Assembly (NCBI RefSeq): GCF_002571385.2
Contig: NW_019217954.1
Location: 506,566-570,565 of the forward strand
DNA from: Stylophora pistillata
Lineage: Eukaryota
Direction of reading: 5' to 3'
Length of the DNA: 64,000 bases
Below, piece after piece: positions 26,276-39,876 of this stretch; the first letter of the stretch is position 1, and every line of letters begins with the position of its first letter. Both the position numbers and the translations under genes were made by a program. Below the pieces are notes generated by a model. It searched no databases and had not been told where the DNA came from. It saw nothing but the letters and a program-made list of their open reading frames with translations.

Positions 26276-27870
26276 AAATTTTCGCTCCTTAATTGATATT
26301 ACAGATATGAACAATAACATATGACAGAGGGTATTTTAATAGGGAGAAAATTTGTAGAAAAATATATTTTGTATTTTAAAAACAATTTGTAAATCTAAGA
26401 GGAGGTAACACACAGTTACATTAATTTCATTTGAATGCATGAATACTACAGTCATTGATCACGTTCATCGTCGCCCATGTTACATTTTCTCTTAACTTAT
26501 AACAAATTTAAATTAGACCCAAAAACCCAGTCATACATATTCACCTAGTATTTAACTAGCAGTTCGTAAAGTTTTGAGCTCGAGAAATATTTGTATCGGT
26601 TAACGCATGATAATTTTATGAAGTTAAAGGTTTGGAAAACAGATGGGCACAAAGTATAGGATTTTTAATATTAAGTCAATAACCAAAATGTCGCAAATGA
26701 AGTGACCAATAACCTCTTTGTAAATAATTTGTACAAATAAGCCAAGATTATGCTGACAATGCACAGTATAGCATCACAGTTAATTTAGCGAAGGGTGGTG
26801 TAGTGGTATGGTGGTACTACTTAAAGAGGTTACGTTACCCTCGGTCTTTTAAATCGGATGGCTTGCCCACCTTGATGTATGTTTGTTGTTTTGTTTGTTT
26901 TTTGTTTTGTTTCTTTATAGTTGTTGTTACATCTTATGGAGTATTTTTTTTTTCTAGAAAGTTAACCTGATCATTTGTCTACCGTTCTGACCTCCCCCCT
27001 CCACCCCCCCCCCGGCACTTGGTGACCATGTGTGGTCAACCTGAGTCCAATCAACTTCAGTTAAAAATGCTGACGAGCCACTTTCACTTGCACTGTACCT
27101 GTAGAAAATCGTAGCTTAGTAATTGTTGTCTCTCCCGAGGGTGGACTGCATGGGCTCCGCATAGTTTAAAGGAAATACACGTAATCGTTTTTACCTCTGC
27201 ACCAGTAATCAATGACATCAATAGTTTTGACGGGTTTTGTATTTCGTATCGCTATAATACTGTCAAAGTCTACTGAATTCTACTTTTTAAAAGTGGTTTT
27301 CATTTGAAAATGGGATGGCCGCGGTAAGGATTAATAGTAATTTCATGTTTTACTCGAAAGCATGCGCCTATTTCTAGGGGGCAATTGTAAAATTGTTCCT
27401 GAGTAAAATCGAATTGTTCTCCTGAGTCATTTATCGAGTTGTAGAGGGAGAGAGGAATCAGTAATAAAAATAATATATTCGGAAAAATAATTTGCACAAT
27501 ACTATCGTGTGAGTTGTGTTGAATCACAACGTCATCGTTTTTAAAATTCTTTTTGAGACTGACGGAGAGCAGAATGAACGTCTCTGATATGGTTTGATGC
27601 TACTCTGGTTTAAGGATTTAATGAATATAACCGGGGAATTATAATTCATCGACCCCATGCTTTGACGCTCGTGTATAGTGCCTTCATCAGTGGTCATCTT
27701 ATCGTTGTAATAAAGTCCTTTTATATGCTTACTAGTTAGATGCCCTTTTTTCTGAAGAGGTGTAAAAAGGCGTTAGGTTGTAATACGCCGTTATCGCGAT
27801 AAAAAAAAATAAAAAAACTTGATCCTTTCTTAAAAAAAAACAAAGCCTTTAAACTGATAATTAAAATATC

Positions 27871-28100
27871 AGTGGCTTGTTTCTCGAAAGTCCTGATAAC
27901 TTAACGGGCCCGTGAAGCTGTTCTGCTTTTATTCGAGATGGAGATTTCAAAAAGTTTTAAAAACGATACTAAAAAACTATCAGCTAAAGAAACAAAAAGG
28001 AGTGGTTTGGGTGCCAGAACCTGCTTTCCTATCCTTTAAATTTTGATTTTGAAACATGGTTTCGGGCCTGTTAGTTACCGGGACTTTCGAGAAACGGACT
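27871..28100. mobile_element. MITE with TIR GTTTCTCGAAAGTCC
   Basis: GTTTCTCGAAAGTCCTGATAACTTAACGGGCCCG ... CGGGCCTGTTAGTTACCGGGACTTTCGAGAAAC. Confidence 0.7.
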
Positions 28101-29869
28101 ACTACTCTAGACCCGCAAGAAACCCACACCCAGGCTCTCCTCTGTCAATCTCTGATGAAATATTTCCCCTTCGAACGGTTGCTTAGAATGCAAATTTTAA
28201 TAAGACCTGTTAAATGCTTCACGATCTTTCCTATCTAAAACGGTACCACAGTACCAGGTGTTCAATTTTCCTTTTTCTTTTTGTTCATCAGAAGCAGAAG
28301 GGAGCCTATTGCGACGTAAAGAGGCTTAACAGGGCATTGATTAAGAAAAATACCTCTTAACTGGAGAACGGTTTGGCAGATTTTGACCGCCCGCCAGATT
28401 TCCATCAAGTCGCGACATTTTCTGATCACATGCTGTGATAGTTTCTCTCTTCACGAACAGCTGAGAGTTTCAGTTATTTGGGCATTTATGCACAGCTTCG
28501 GCTTTGGGAAATATTTCACCAAGTTACAGCTTTCAATTATAGTTATTTTGATAATTGTTTGCGTCCATATTTTCATAACGAGGAAACTAGCATCGGGAGT
28601 GGTGAATTAAAATATTTAAGCATAGTTTGTATATTTGCTTGGCTGTTTGTTTGCTTGTTTTATTTTTTCAACTGAGGAAAACCAGTCAAAAATTTCTAAT
28701 AATAAAGGTGCAAACGTTTTTTTCTTGAAAATCAAACAAATTTTAATTATTTTCACACTAGTCGACTTGGTAAGCGTTGTGGTAAAAGGGGTTATTGTTA
28801 CAGAAGTTAAATAATTCATGAAATATTTTGATATGATACACGACTTCGCCCACCAGTCAGAGACAATTCTTACATTGCTTCAAAGCATAGAAAGATGAAT
28901 TTTTCATTTAAAAAAGATTTACATAGCATATCCTAATACAGATTGTAATGGCAAACAAGTTGACAACATATATCATCTATTGTGTACATGTACTATTTGA
29001 ATTTCATTAGAGTTTTACAGAGTTAAAACCAAGCCAAATTCTGGATTTGAATCCCACTGTTCTTGACAACTACAATTTTGAAAAAACGTGCTCAAGAGGA
29101 AAAAAGCAAATTTGTTTTAATCAATAATGTACCTGGAGAGACATTACTTAGAAATGAAAACTAACTCGCAAAAAATACCATAATTTATCCTTTGCTTGAC
29201 TGAGAAATTGAATTGATTAACAGGGGGTAAAACTTTTTGAAATGAATTGTTTTGGAATGTTGGTGTGATTTGCATCCAGACACGACCTGAAAACAAAGAA
29301 AGACTAAATCTAAACGGATCCCGTCAACAGCTTTGTGAGATGTTATCGATGAACCGAGTTGAAAGTGTAGGAAGAAATATTTAATGCCAAGGTAAGACTA
29401 GCCATATTGCAAATTACTGGGATAATTTGGACCGCGGCAAGCACCCGCAGACAACAAAGGCGAAGTTCAAGGGCGATTTAGTTTGGTCGCCAGAAAATCA
29501 AAGCCTTCGAATTAATTCGAGTTGAGTGCACTTGGCTTGTAGTCACATGGTTTAGGAGCTTAGCAGAACGGATATAATGGATGGTAGGTTCTCAGTTTAC
29601 CAAAAGATTTACCACCACTAAGCTGATAAAACTGATATTTTAATATCATGAAAAACCATCAGAGAAAACTTTTATTCGTTCTACATTTCAAAACTCGATC
29701 GTTCACAGACAAATTCTCCACCAACAATCCTTTTGAAATTCCTCAAGAGAATCAAATGTAGGCCGTAAACGAGACAATTTCACATCGAACATTTTACCCT
29801 CGCTCTGTTATAGTTTGCCTGCCTGTTGTTTCCATCTGTGATTGACGATTCCCCTTAGTTTACTTCTTT

Positions 29870-29990
29870 CTTTCCATCCTTCCAACCTTCCATCTTTCTA
29901 ACTTTCCATCCCTTCATCCATCCATCGTTCCATCTTTCCATTTATCCATCTTTCCGTCCGTCCGTCCATCCATTACTCCATACTTCCATA
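29870..29990. repeat. Degenerate (CCAT)n/(CCGT)n microsatellite
   Basis: Repeated TCCA/TCCG units. Confidence 0.7.
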
Positions 29991-30137
29991 ATTTTCCAAT
30001 TTCTCTATCCACTCTTAGTATAACACCAGTAAAAGAGTTCCTTAATTGTTTTTATAAACAACTAATAGCTTCGTATTTGCTATTCTTCTGTCAACGTTTA
30101 TACTTAAAATAATATTTTAGCTCACTGCTTTAGATTA

Positions 30138-31321
30138 GGGGCCGACCATTTAACTTTTGAGGGAGGGGGGTGGGTGATTTTGAAAAAAAATTCCTCCAAG
30201 CGCTTGTTGGAAGAAAAAGATTGCATGCAGCCCAAATGTAACAGAAAAAAAATTCTTGCGTTGCCGTAAGAAAGGAAAAAAATGTTGCAAAGCTGTTTCA
30301 TCATTTCAGGGGGCTTTACAAAATCGCAGCAAAACTGCAACCATTGCTCCTTTTGATGATGCTGAAAAATTATTGCTTCAGACATGCAATGCATTATTAG
30401 CTATCTTCAGCAGTATTATAATGGAGGTAAACTTTTTTTATTAATGAATCAAGTTCTAATAGACAAAGGAAGTTATTTTTTTCATTTTTAACAGAAACAA
30501 TTTTATGTAATTATTTTCTATTTAAATATAATATTTTTGTAATGCTCTTTTTCTATTTTAATAAATATAATATTTTTTGAAGTTTAGCAATCCATATAGC
30601 AATGTCTAAGCCCAATGGGGGGAGTGCAGGTATATCCAGGGCAACTTGGAACACCATCACATTGCTTTTATGTTCAACTTTGAGGTACTCAATGTAGAAG
30701 GGGAATTTTATTTGTTATTTAACAACATTTTTATTTGTTATTTAACAATAAATCCTTATTCCCCTGGCTCCGCAGATAGCAGTGCTAATCGAGGCGGGCC
30801 ATGATAATCAGTAAAAGAAGAGGAAAATACGCACAGTAAAAACTACAGAGAAGTAAATAGATAGTAAATACGAAAACAAATTAAGTCTACGGAAACAACT
30901 ATGTGATTAATTCAAGTTGACAGCGCAGGTAGGATGGGCGAGACAAAGCTGATAGTTACTAAGAGTATTTACTAACTTTAGAGATTATCGATTCTAAGTC
31001 TTCGTAGGAGTCCTCTAGTTCTAGTATATTGGACAAGATCGTACGAATTTTCCTTTTAAAGATGAGTTTTGGTAGTGTTCGGAGTTTAGTTGGTATCCCA
31101 TTCAATGATCACAATGTAAATGTAAATACATTTTGCATATGTAAACACATGACCCTTTTATTGAGGAAAAAAAAATCCTGCAGAGAAATCAGGAGGGAGA
31201 AAAATATCCTGCAGAGCATTTAGGACGGAAAAATATCCTGCCCAGCAGATTGCTAGAAAAAAATTTTCTTGATGACCAGAAATCACCCACCCCCCCACTC
31301 AAAAGTTAAATGGTCGACCCC
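30138..31321. mobile_element. 1.18-kb non-autonomous DNA transposon, TTA TSD (PIF/Harbinger-type)
   Basis: TIRs GGGGCCGACCATTTAACTTTTGAG...CTCAAAAGTTAAATGGTCGACCCC; TTA at 30135-30137 and 31322-31324; subterminal AAAA(A/T)ATCCTGC repeats. Confidence 0.8.
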
Positions 31322-32611
31322 TTAGATAAAATTTTACGTCTTTATTTATCAATTCACCCCTCCCCCACGGATATGTCAAAGATCCCTTTAGTCCATTGTT
31401 AGTGAAATTGTTAGAAATATAACATACAACGGACAGGCTAATTCTTTCCATCCATCCAATCATTCATGTTTTTCCCTTCTCTGCAATAAGAAACAATAGA
31501 AGGACATTAGTCGGTTTTTCGCAATTGGGGATCCTTTTACACAAGAGAAATGGCAAATTCCTTCCAAAAGGACTCCCGCTAAAAGAAGATAAGGTATCAA
31601 AAAGTCAATAATTCATTTATTAAGTCTTGTCTGGACTGCTCGTGAAGACGAATTAGTCACGAGACTCTCATAATAGTCTCTGTTTTCAGAGTTGTCAAAG
31701 GTACTATAGTAGCCTGAACTATTTACAGTACTTCTGCAATTGATGGATGAATCATAGTAGCTTATGTTGTGTACTGATAAATAGCGTGATATCAAACATA
31801 CCAAAATTAAAACTGCGCAATATGTCATTTCTCATTCCGTGTGGCTCAAATGGCATCTGACTACTTTATTAAAGTTCTCATAGCCAAAAGAAGTATCTCA
31901 TTATAATCATAAAATGATCGAATCGTCAAGATACAGCTTTTAGAAAAACCTCTACCAGGAGAGTTTACAGCTGCATTCAACGTGAGAAAAATGTAATGAA
32001 TTTTCAACCTACTCTGGGCAGCATTGAGAAAGGTGCAATAAACAAAAGTACAATAGCCACAGCCTAATCATGCACTAGAGTTTCCGCTGCATGATAGACT
32101 TTGTCGTGAATAATCATGCTTTTGATTGCATGTGAACGAAATTGGCTCGAGACACATTTTCACAGGCGAGACAAACAGATTTGGTAGGCGATAACAATCA
32201 AGATAGTAGTTAGATAAAATTTCAATTAAGGAGCTTTATAAATTCGCATACGTAATATCAGTTCATTCCCACCGCCGGATCAAACTTTGATAAATTTATT
32301 TTATCTTTTTTTTTTTTGTTTTCCCTCTCACTCTTAATACAGCACTTGAAAACTGCCATCAATGCGCAAGTCCATCAGAATTGGCGTACATGCAAATCCA
32401 CCCGCCTTAATCTACGCTGACTGTCTCTGCCTCAGCGCTAACAGTTCCCAATGGTTAATATAATTTCGTCACGATTAATATTTCATTTTTATGGCCACAG
32501 CGGTGTTCTTTTCATCTCCACAGCGAATGATATTCAAATCGACAGCTGCTTCCAAAGTGGGACGCTCTACCTCCAGAGCTTTGTCGACTGACGTTGGAGA
32601 CTAAACACAAC

Positions 32612-33634
32612 ATGGTTCCCACAATCTACGTGATTTTTGCCGTGCTAGCTGCTGTTATCTGTGTGATAGGCGCTTCTTTAAACAGCCTCGTATGCTTGGT
32701 GTTTTACAGAACCAAAAAGTTTCTCAATGCCCCGAATATTTTTATTGCAAGCGTAGCTCTGAGTGACTTGTTATACTGTGTTACTTCTCTGCCGCTTTTG
32801 GTCGTCACAAACATTCATGGCAGATGGATCTATGGAGACTACGGATGTAAAGCGACAGCTTTTATCGCCACATGGAGTGGTCTCACTTCAATAATGAACC
32901 TGTCACTTGCAGGGTACGAGAGATACATCGCACTGGTGTTCCTTTATAAAAGTCAGCAAACTTTTACACGTAGGAGAGCAATTCGTGCTACGGTCGCAAT
33001 GTGGCTGTATGCTCTGTTCTGGGCCATAATGCCCTTGTGTGGCTGGTCGGGGTTTGAACAAGAAGGAATAGGCACAAGCTGTTCATTAAGATGGAAATCG
33101 CGAGACAAGCTGGACTTGTCTTACCACACATGTTTAATATTTGCTTGTTATGTGTTACCAGTGAGTATCATGATCACTTCTTACCACAAATCATGCCGTG
33201 AATTAAACAAAGGGGCAAAACGAGCAAAAAAGACCTGGGGAAAAACATCGCCCTTCACAAAGAAAGCCCTCGAAATGGAACGAAAGATGGTAATACTCTT
33301 CGGGGCAATGACCATAGCATTCCTTGTGGCCTGGACACCATATGCAGTCGTGTCTCTTGTAGCAATGATCGCGGGCCCTGACGTCATTAGTGATGTTACA
33401 GCATCTATTCCGGCATACGTTGCAAAGTCATCGGTCTGTTACAACCCTATTGTTTATGTTTTTCTGTACAAAAAGTTACGTCAGCGGATGATTGCTATTG
33501 TGCTGAGGCCCAAAGATTCATTTACGAGTAGTTCTCGGAACGAATCGCGTTCGGGTGACCATCTCAACCTTAGAAAGTTGTCCTATAAAAGAACAGACGG
33601 AGATAAAACTGAAAATACGAGCAATCCCAGTTGA
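32612..33634 (+). CDS. Opsin, intronless CDS, 340 aa (probably cnidopsin/xenopsin type)
   Basis: 7TM class A GPCR with ERY, ECL2 EGIGTSC (E181/C187), AWTPYA, and retinal-binding lysine in AKSSVCYNPIVY. The true ATG is at 32612 (ACAACATGG); the ORF-track start at 32594 is TTG. Confidence 0.95.
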   Translation: MVPTIYVIFAVLAAVICVIGASLNSLVCLVFYRTKKFLNAPNIFIASVALSDLLYCVTSLPLLVVTNIHGRWIYGDYGCKATAFIATWSGLTSIMNLSLAGYERYIALVFLYKSQQTFTRRRAIRATVAMWLYALFWAIMPLCGWSGFEQEGIGTSCSLRWKSRDKLDLSYHTCLIFACYVLPVSIMITSYHKSCRELNKGAKRAKKTWGKTSPFTKKALEMERKMVILFGAMTIAFLVAWTPYAVVSLVAMIAGPDVISDVTASIPAYVAKSSVCYNPIVYVFLYKKLRQRMIAIVLRPKDSFTSSSRNESRSGDHLNLRKLSYKRTDGDKTENTSNPS

Positions 33635-36600
33635 TTGGACCTTATAGAGTGAAATTTTTTTTTGGAAAACAATACAAGAATTGCTTTCAGCATAGTTGAT
33701 AGAGGGAACTATGCTTTCAGCAGTTGGCTTATCGTGAGGAGATGACTCAGTAGCGAAGATCAAGCAACAACTAGATATTCAAAATAGAAAAATTACGCTC
33801 CAAATCTGTTCTTTGAGCGGTCTCACCGTGGGACGACATTTTGAATGAATGATTTCTACATTTTTACTCAGTTTTCTTCTTTTTTCGGTATTTCATGTGA
33901 TGTAGTTCTGTTCACTGCAACGAAGGGGTCATTTGAACTGAAAAACCATTCTCTTGCAATTTGCCTCGGTGATAACATCTTAAATCATTCTCTATCGTTT
34001 GCGAAAAAGCGGTTATCAAAAGTTTTTAGCTGCATATTTTTTTATTTGATATGATGAATTGTTCGTTTAAATTTTGTTGTATTGCACATTTTCATATGAA
34101 TAGCTTTCCAAAAGGTGAGTTGTTCATTTTCCTACAAAACTCCTCGAAATAGCTTTAGAAAATAACTTTCGTCTGGCTTTCAATCAAAAATATACAGTTC
34201 TTTTTTTTTTTTTTTTTTTTAAAAAATAATATACATAAAGATGAGCCCCGTGTTTCGCCTTTTAAATAGTTGTTGATTAATTCAGTCCTTGTCTTCAGTC
34301 AGATGATCATACGGCACGATCAAACACTGAACTTAATCAAAAGTGTTTCCTTTCATCAAGGGACCTTTAAATGCCGATGACACGAAATTTTGTTTTGCGT
34401 TTTCTGGCTAATAACTGCATTTAAAGTTTAAATTAATCAACCTTGGCGCCCAGCGAGTTTTTGTACATTGAAAGTACGATTTGGCAGCCAAAAAAGTGTC
34501 AACATTTAGCGCGCGCGCCAAAACGAATCATGTTACATAGCTCTGACTTGGAAAACTGTGAAGACACGTCGGCAACTATGGTGGAGAAAGGAGAAATCAA
34601 GAAGAAGGACGAACTTATCGCGTGGCCAGGAGTGGCAAAGGATGTTAGCGACAAGAATAATACACATACTCCGGGTATTTCTATACACTCCTTTCCAGAG
34701 GATGTAGCAGTATGGCCAAAATGGCTTCGAGGACGACTGTTATGAACACATACCACTCGTCAAATCAGGGGAAAATGGCCAACGAATTCAGCTAAAAAGG
34801 GTGCTAATTAAGGGGCCTGTTCCCACACTGGACACGATTGTTCCACACTCTTTTTCGGATGACATTTCGCAAGCGAAGAATGGTGAGCTTCTTATTGTTG
34901 TTTATTTCACGCGCTTGAGATGTACTCGCACTCATTGTCTTTCTTCATGATGACATTTGCGCTTTTCTTATCGTCTGAAAATCCGACCAACTGTAGTTTC
35001 CATGGTATTTTAATAACAGAAACACAACATTTGTAAGAAAGGCAAAGCCCTTTCCTGATCTGAGCTGACCGATATCCTGTCGCAGTGCGAAACCTCCGGC
35101 GGTTACCAGCATCAACACAAGCTCGAAGGGGCCATGTATCCTCCCAACCTTGGTTCCTGAAAACTCACCTCACTAGCCGTCAATTTTCCCCCCCCTGCCC
35201 TCAAAAAACTAAAAATAGCAACAATAACAATGTCACTGCAACGAGATAAATTGTGAAACACAAATATTATTGAATTAGATGGTAGTGAATGGTAGTGAAA
35301 ATCGATGCAACTTGCGGTAAAACTACCTGATGACTTCTCAGCGAAAAATCATCGTGCCTCGTGATACAGCAGATTCTTTCGATGCTGCCGTCAAAAGTTA
35401 GCTTTTGGTTTGCCAAGGGAATCGCTCAACAGCAACAAAACTCTAGAGCACTGGCCAGGGGTAACCTTCGTCGAACTTAGTGCGATTGAATAATGTCTTA
35501 TGGCAACAGAAACGAGCATATCCGGCTACCCATTCTTAACATAGAGTTCGCCACAGAAAAAAGAAAAAAACAAAGAAAAAAACAAACGCAACGAACTAAA
35601 CATTCAGTAACGAGAGTTTTTTGTTCCAATCTTGAACTGAGCATCGCAGGCGAGAAACAGTCTTTGTCAGCCTTCGTCGTAATTTTCGTTTGGTGCACGC
35701 GGTTCTCCTTCGTAGGGCTGAACCGTTATGGCGATTTCTTCTTTACTACTTGAGTACGATGTATCACAACCCTCGGTAGAGCTTGCTAAAGGTGTGAATA
35801 CATCGCTATCGGACATTATTTCAGGAGTAATTCAACGCTGACTAATACAAAATTAAAAGAGATGTGAGAGGTTTGTAAGTGTCAACAGAGAGTTTTCACA
35901 ATTTTCTACGTTATCACCCGCTAACTCGTCATTTAGATAAAATAAAAGCACTCATCGCGCAGAATGCTATTGTTTTCCGTGACATTTACTTGCAGTGCGA
36001 AATACGTAGTAAGTCCGGCATAAAGAAATGCACATCCAGCACTGCTGGGATACCATTGGTCAACTGATAAAGTTCAGGGAATACTAGAGTCCCTTCGCCG
36101 AATTCCGCAACTGTCAATCAAACGTCAAGATGAGCAGAGTAAATTTTCAAGGTGTGATAAGGGAACAATAACACTAATGATTAAAGAGTTGTCCGCTCTA
36201 TTCATTGTAAGTGCATGGCAAGCAAATTCTTTTGTTGACATTTTTCTTGGAATAGACAAGCACAAATAGCCGATCGATGTTAATTTTTTTAAAAACAGAC
36301 ATGAAGAGTGAGTTCACTATACACTTTTTCCGTTCATTGCCAGTTATCTACTCGGCCCGATCTGAGAAAAAGCCGCTTTTATTGTGTGTTATTTTTGTCT
36401 GTGATTTCCCAGTGTCGCAGTGGGAAGGTCTCTTGTTTTGCTGAAAATAGTTATCCAATTTTTCATCCGTTCGAATGGAGTAAAACATAAAAAAAACATC
36501 TGTTACACTTAGACCCATTCAGTTTACGGCTCGAAAAAATCGACTTTTAATTTTTTTTGAATTTTTCTCTCCATCGGAATAAATTTGTATATATGATAAG

Positions 36601-39600
36601 CTCAATAAATACGAAAAAATAAAAAAAATATTTTCATAGGCACTTTGAAAAGTAAATGGATGGCAAAATCGTGAAAACAAAGATAATGAATTAGTTAATC
36701 TTCGGGAGCTTTATATCTCGTTTCGAATGTCAACGATGACGATTTCTAAGATTACGAGTGTGGTCGGCAGTGCAAGATTGTTTCAACCCATTTTTAATAC
36801 GACGTTTTATTAGATGGCAAGAGTTCCAAGGTAAGATTGAGCATTTCCTGATTTTCTTTCCGAAGCGGCGCTACCTGGTTGGTTAAAGTGAGTCCTCAAA
36901 CTATCCTTTAGTTTTTTGACCGAGCCATTTACCTTTGATTCTTTGAAAAAGTCCAAAATGTGACATATGAAAGGACTTTATGCAGAAAGAATGACGATAT
37001 TCTCCAAACAACATCCTCATCATGTAAACTCGGGAAACTGGTATGAAGCTTCGTGACAAATTTAAGTATATTTTGCAAGAATCAGGGTTGACTTGGAAAT
37101 GCTCCATTTAAACAAGGTATTAAGCTGATAAAAGGAAATTAACAACCATATATACGGGACTGTCTCGTTGAACTGCAACAAAAACACAGGAGGTGATCAC
37201 TGAAAAACATAAAGGTTACGTGAGAGTAGTTTCCTTCCCCGCTGCTTTTTCTCTAAACACTGTATAATAATCCATTCAAAATCCCTCATATCAGGGGGAA
37301 AAAGAACACATTATTTTTATCGCGGAGAGAATCCACATTAGGTTAGGAAGACTATCAGTGCAAAAAACAAGGTTAAGCAGGGTTATCAGTGACATATCTT
37401 CTTGACAAGACCTTTGTACGATAATCCCTAAATGAGGTTGAAAGAGGGCACTGCAACTGAACTTGTCGTCGGAGTGAAAAAACAAAAACAAAACTAAAAC
37501 AAAAAAAGTAAGCCTTGGTTTTCTCAGATTTTCTTCGCCTGGGAAAGCCTTTTTCATGATTTTAGACATGTATGCCGTTTTATTTCAGGTACTTTCAACG
37601 GTCATATTTTGCGAGTATGAAATAGCTGTGGCTTGATCTCGATGATTAATTCTGTCATCGAATGCCTAATAAATTAGTTTTACCTCCTCAAATGAATTGT
37701 TTGTGTCTCACAGCATAAAGCAAAATCGGTTATTACTTCACAGCTAGCTAACGATCCCCAGCAACCCCTGAGACTATGAATAGGCAATCATATGGCTTTA
37801 CCTGGGCATTCCAAGGCAGTTTCAAAACAGGACCCCATCATCCATCAATCATATCATTACCCTCCCCCCCCCCCACCACCCTTCTGTTCTTCTTTTTAAA
37901 AATAACATGTCATTTCATCATTTAAAATCATTTAAATACCTTTGCACATGCCTCATATAAACAGAGGTCTAACTTACTCAAGCAAACAGAGGTAGAAGCA
38001 ACAGTAGATGAACGACAAGCTTTCGCCGGAAGCTTTTGCGAGTTTTATAGAATACTTCTGTTACTTCGTCTAACTGTGTAACATCTAAAGCCTTGTAAGC
38101 TGGCTTCATCTTACAAGACATCTAGTTCACAAGTCAGAGAAAAAAAAAACAACAGGAGCTGACGTTGATCTTGGAACTTGCAAAGTCCCCAGATAAACGA
38201 AAAACGTTTCGTTACAAAATGAATTGTCCCAGAAATTTTGAGGTCTAAGTAATTATGCTCTCATGATCATTTCATTAGGTGTTTCGGATACAACGGGATG
38301 CAAGAGCCCAAGTCGGAGTATGTAGGGCACTTATGACGTCGGCAACCTTTTTCGTTCCTCTAACCTTACCCTCGCATTCCCCATCAAAGACTTGATGGAA
38401 GTCATAGGTGTGTATTTACTCGGGCTTCCTGTGGAATGCCCCAGTTATAAATTGGGGTTCGTTCTTATTCAAAAAGTATTCCTAACTATATTCTATTCAA
38501 CCAAATTTACTTCATTGCCCCATGGAAAACGAATACACTCGCCTTTAATTTCTTTTAATAGAGTTTTCCTACTCCCGTTAAGAAACAAGTTTATGTTTCG
38601 GCTGTCTCTGCATTTGTATCTTGTTCTTCCCTGCCGTGGACCCCGGGCCCCTCCCCAAGTTATCTTAACCTTAAGGTCTTTTTGTTCTTAGACGTTGCAG
38701 TGTTATGCGGGAGGGGGGGGGGGCACAGAGGAACAGGAGAGGAAAGAGTCTGGAATCGAAGGAGACTGGGCTGTAAATTAGGTTCCTTTTATTACGTGTC
38801 TTTGAAGCCATCCATTGACTCAGTTTTATTAGACCTGGCTACTTCAGTCATCGCATGTCCAGCACCTACTTGCTAGTCGTCCTCCTATCTCACTCAGTGT
38901 TCTTTTAGGGTCCTTCGCAAGTGAGACGAAACGAGAAAGGGATAATACGGAAGCTCGATCTGCCTTTTATACAGTGTCCCTCTGTCCAGAAGATAGTTTG
39001 CGAAGTACTCGGAAAGTTGCACAGCTAAGATTTCGAGGTGAGAGGGAAATATTTTGTGATCCATGTTCTAACTAATGAACATACGATAGCCTTGTAGCTT
39101 ATTTATAGAGAATTCTATCATGAAATCAAAACCGGCTGGGGTTACGGATTCACCAACGGGTGACTTTCTTCGCCCCATACTCATGAAAAATCTTCATGTC
39201 TGTCTGTCTTTGACGCTTGAATTGAAACGCTAACATCTTCAGTCTCTCTGTGTCGATCTCTATTCAGGATTTTTTTAATATTAGTGATCCTTGCAGCATG
39301 CTAGACGCTTGCTGCATGGAAACCTAAAAGAAAAGTTAATCTCCTAACTCTTGCCTCAGTTGGCAGAACATCTAAGACCCATCCAACAGTGTAATCGGAT
39401 TATTTATTACCCCTGGTTCTCACAGTTTCTAAATGAGTTTCAATGTCACAACCCTATACAAAGAACGATGCTGATATTTCTACCAAACGAGAGTTTCTCA
39501 ATGGCCATTACCTTATAAACTAAAAACAGTGCTCTTTAATGTAAGTTTGAGAAACTACAATACCGAATAATCACAGGAGTGTTAATTTGTTGGTGAGGGG

Positions 39601-39876
39601 CCAAGGTGTGATAAATAAAGTAGAGCTTAATTTTTACAAAGAAATTTCACGATTATCGCACAAAAAGATATTTAATTGTTTATACAGCTATATATTGATG
39701 ACTGGCTGTCATATTCCAATTATAAACCGGTCTATGCTGAGATTAATTTCGTTTTTTGTTTACACAAGTTCGTTTCTCAGAACACAAAGAGAAGACTTAA
39801 TGAGTCATGTTCGGTACATAGATCTCATGTAAGTAAACAGTTTCCCTTAATGAATTTCTTTTACAGCTTGCAAGAG

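Noticed and set aside
32612-33634. Assignment to anthozoan-specific opsins that lack a canonical counterion
   Set aside because: E181 is present and site 292 is Ala in both paralogs.
34240-34305. Third hammerhead (CUGAAGA...GAAAC on the minus strand)
   Set aside because: No complementary stem II or stem I.
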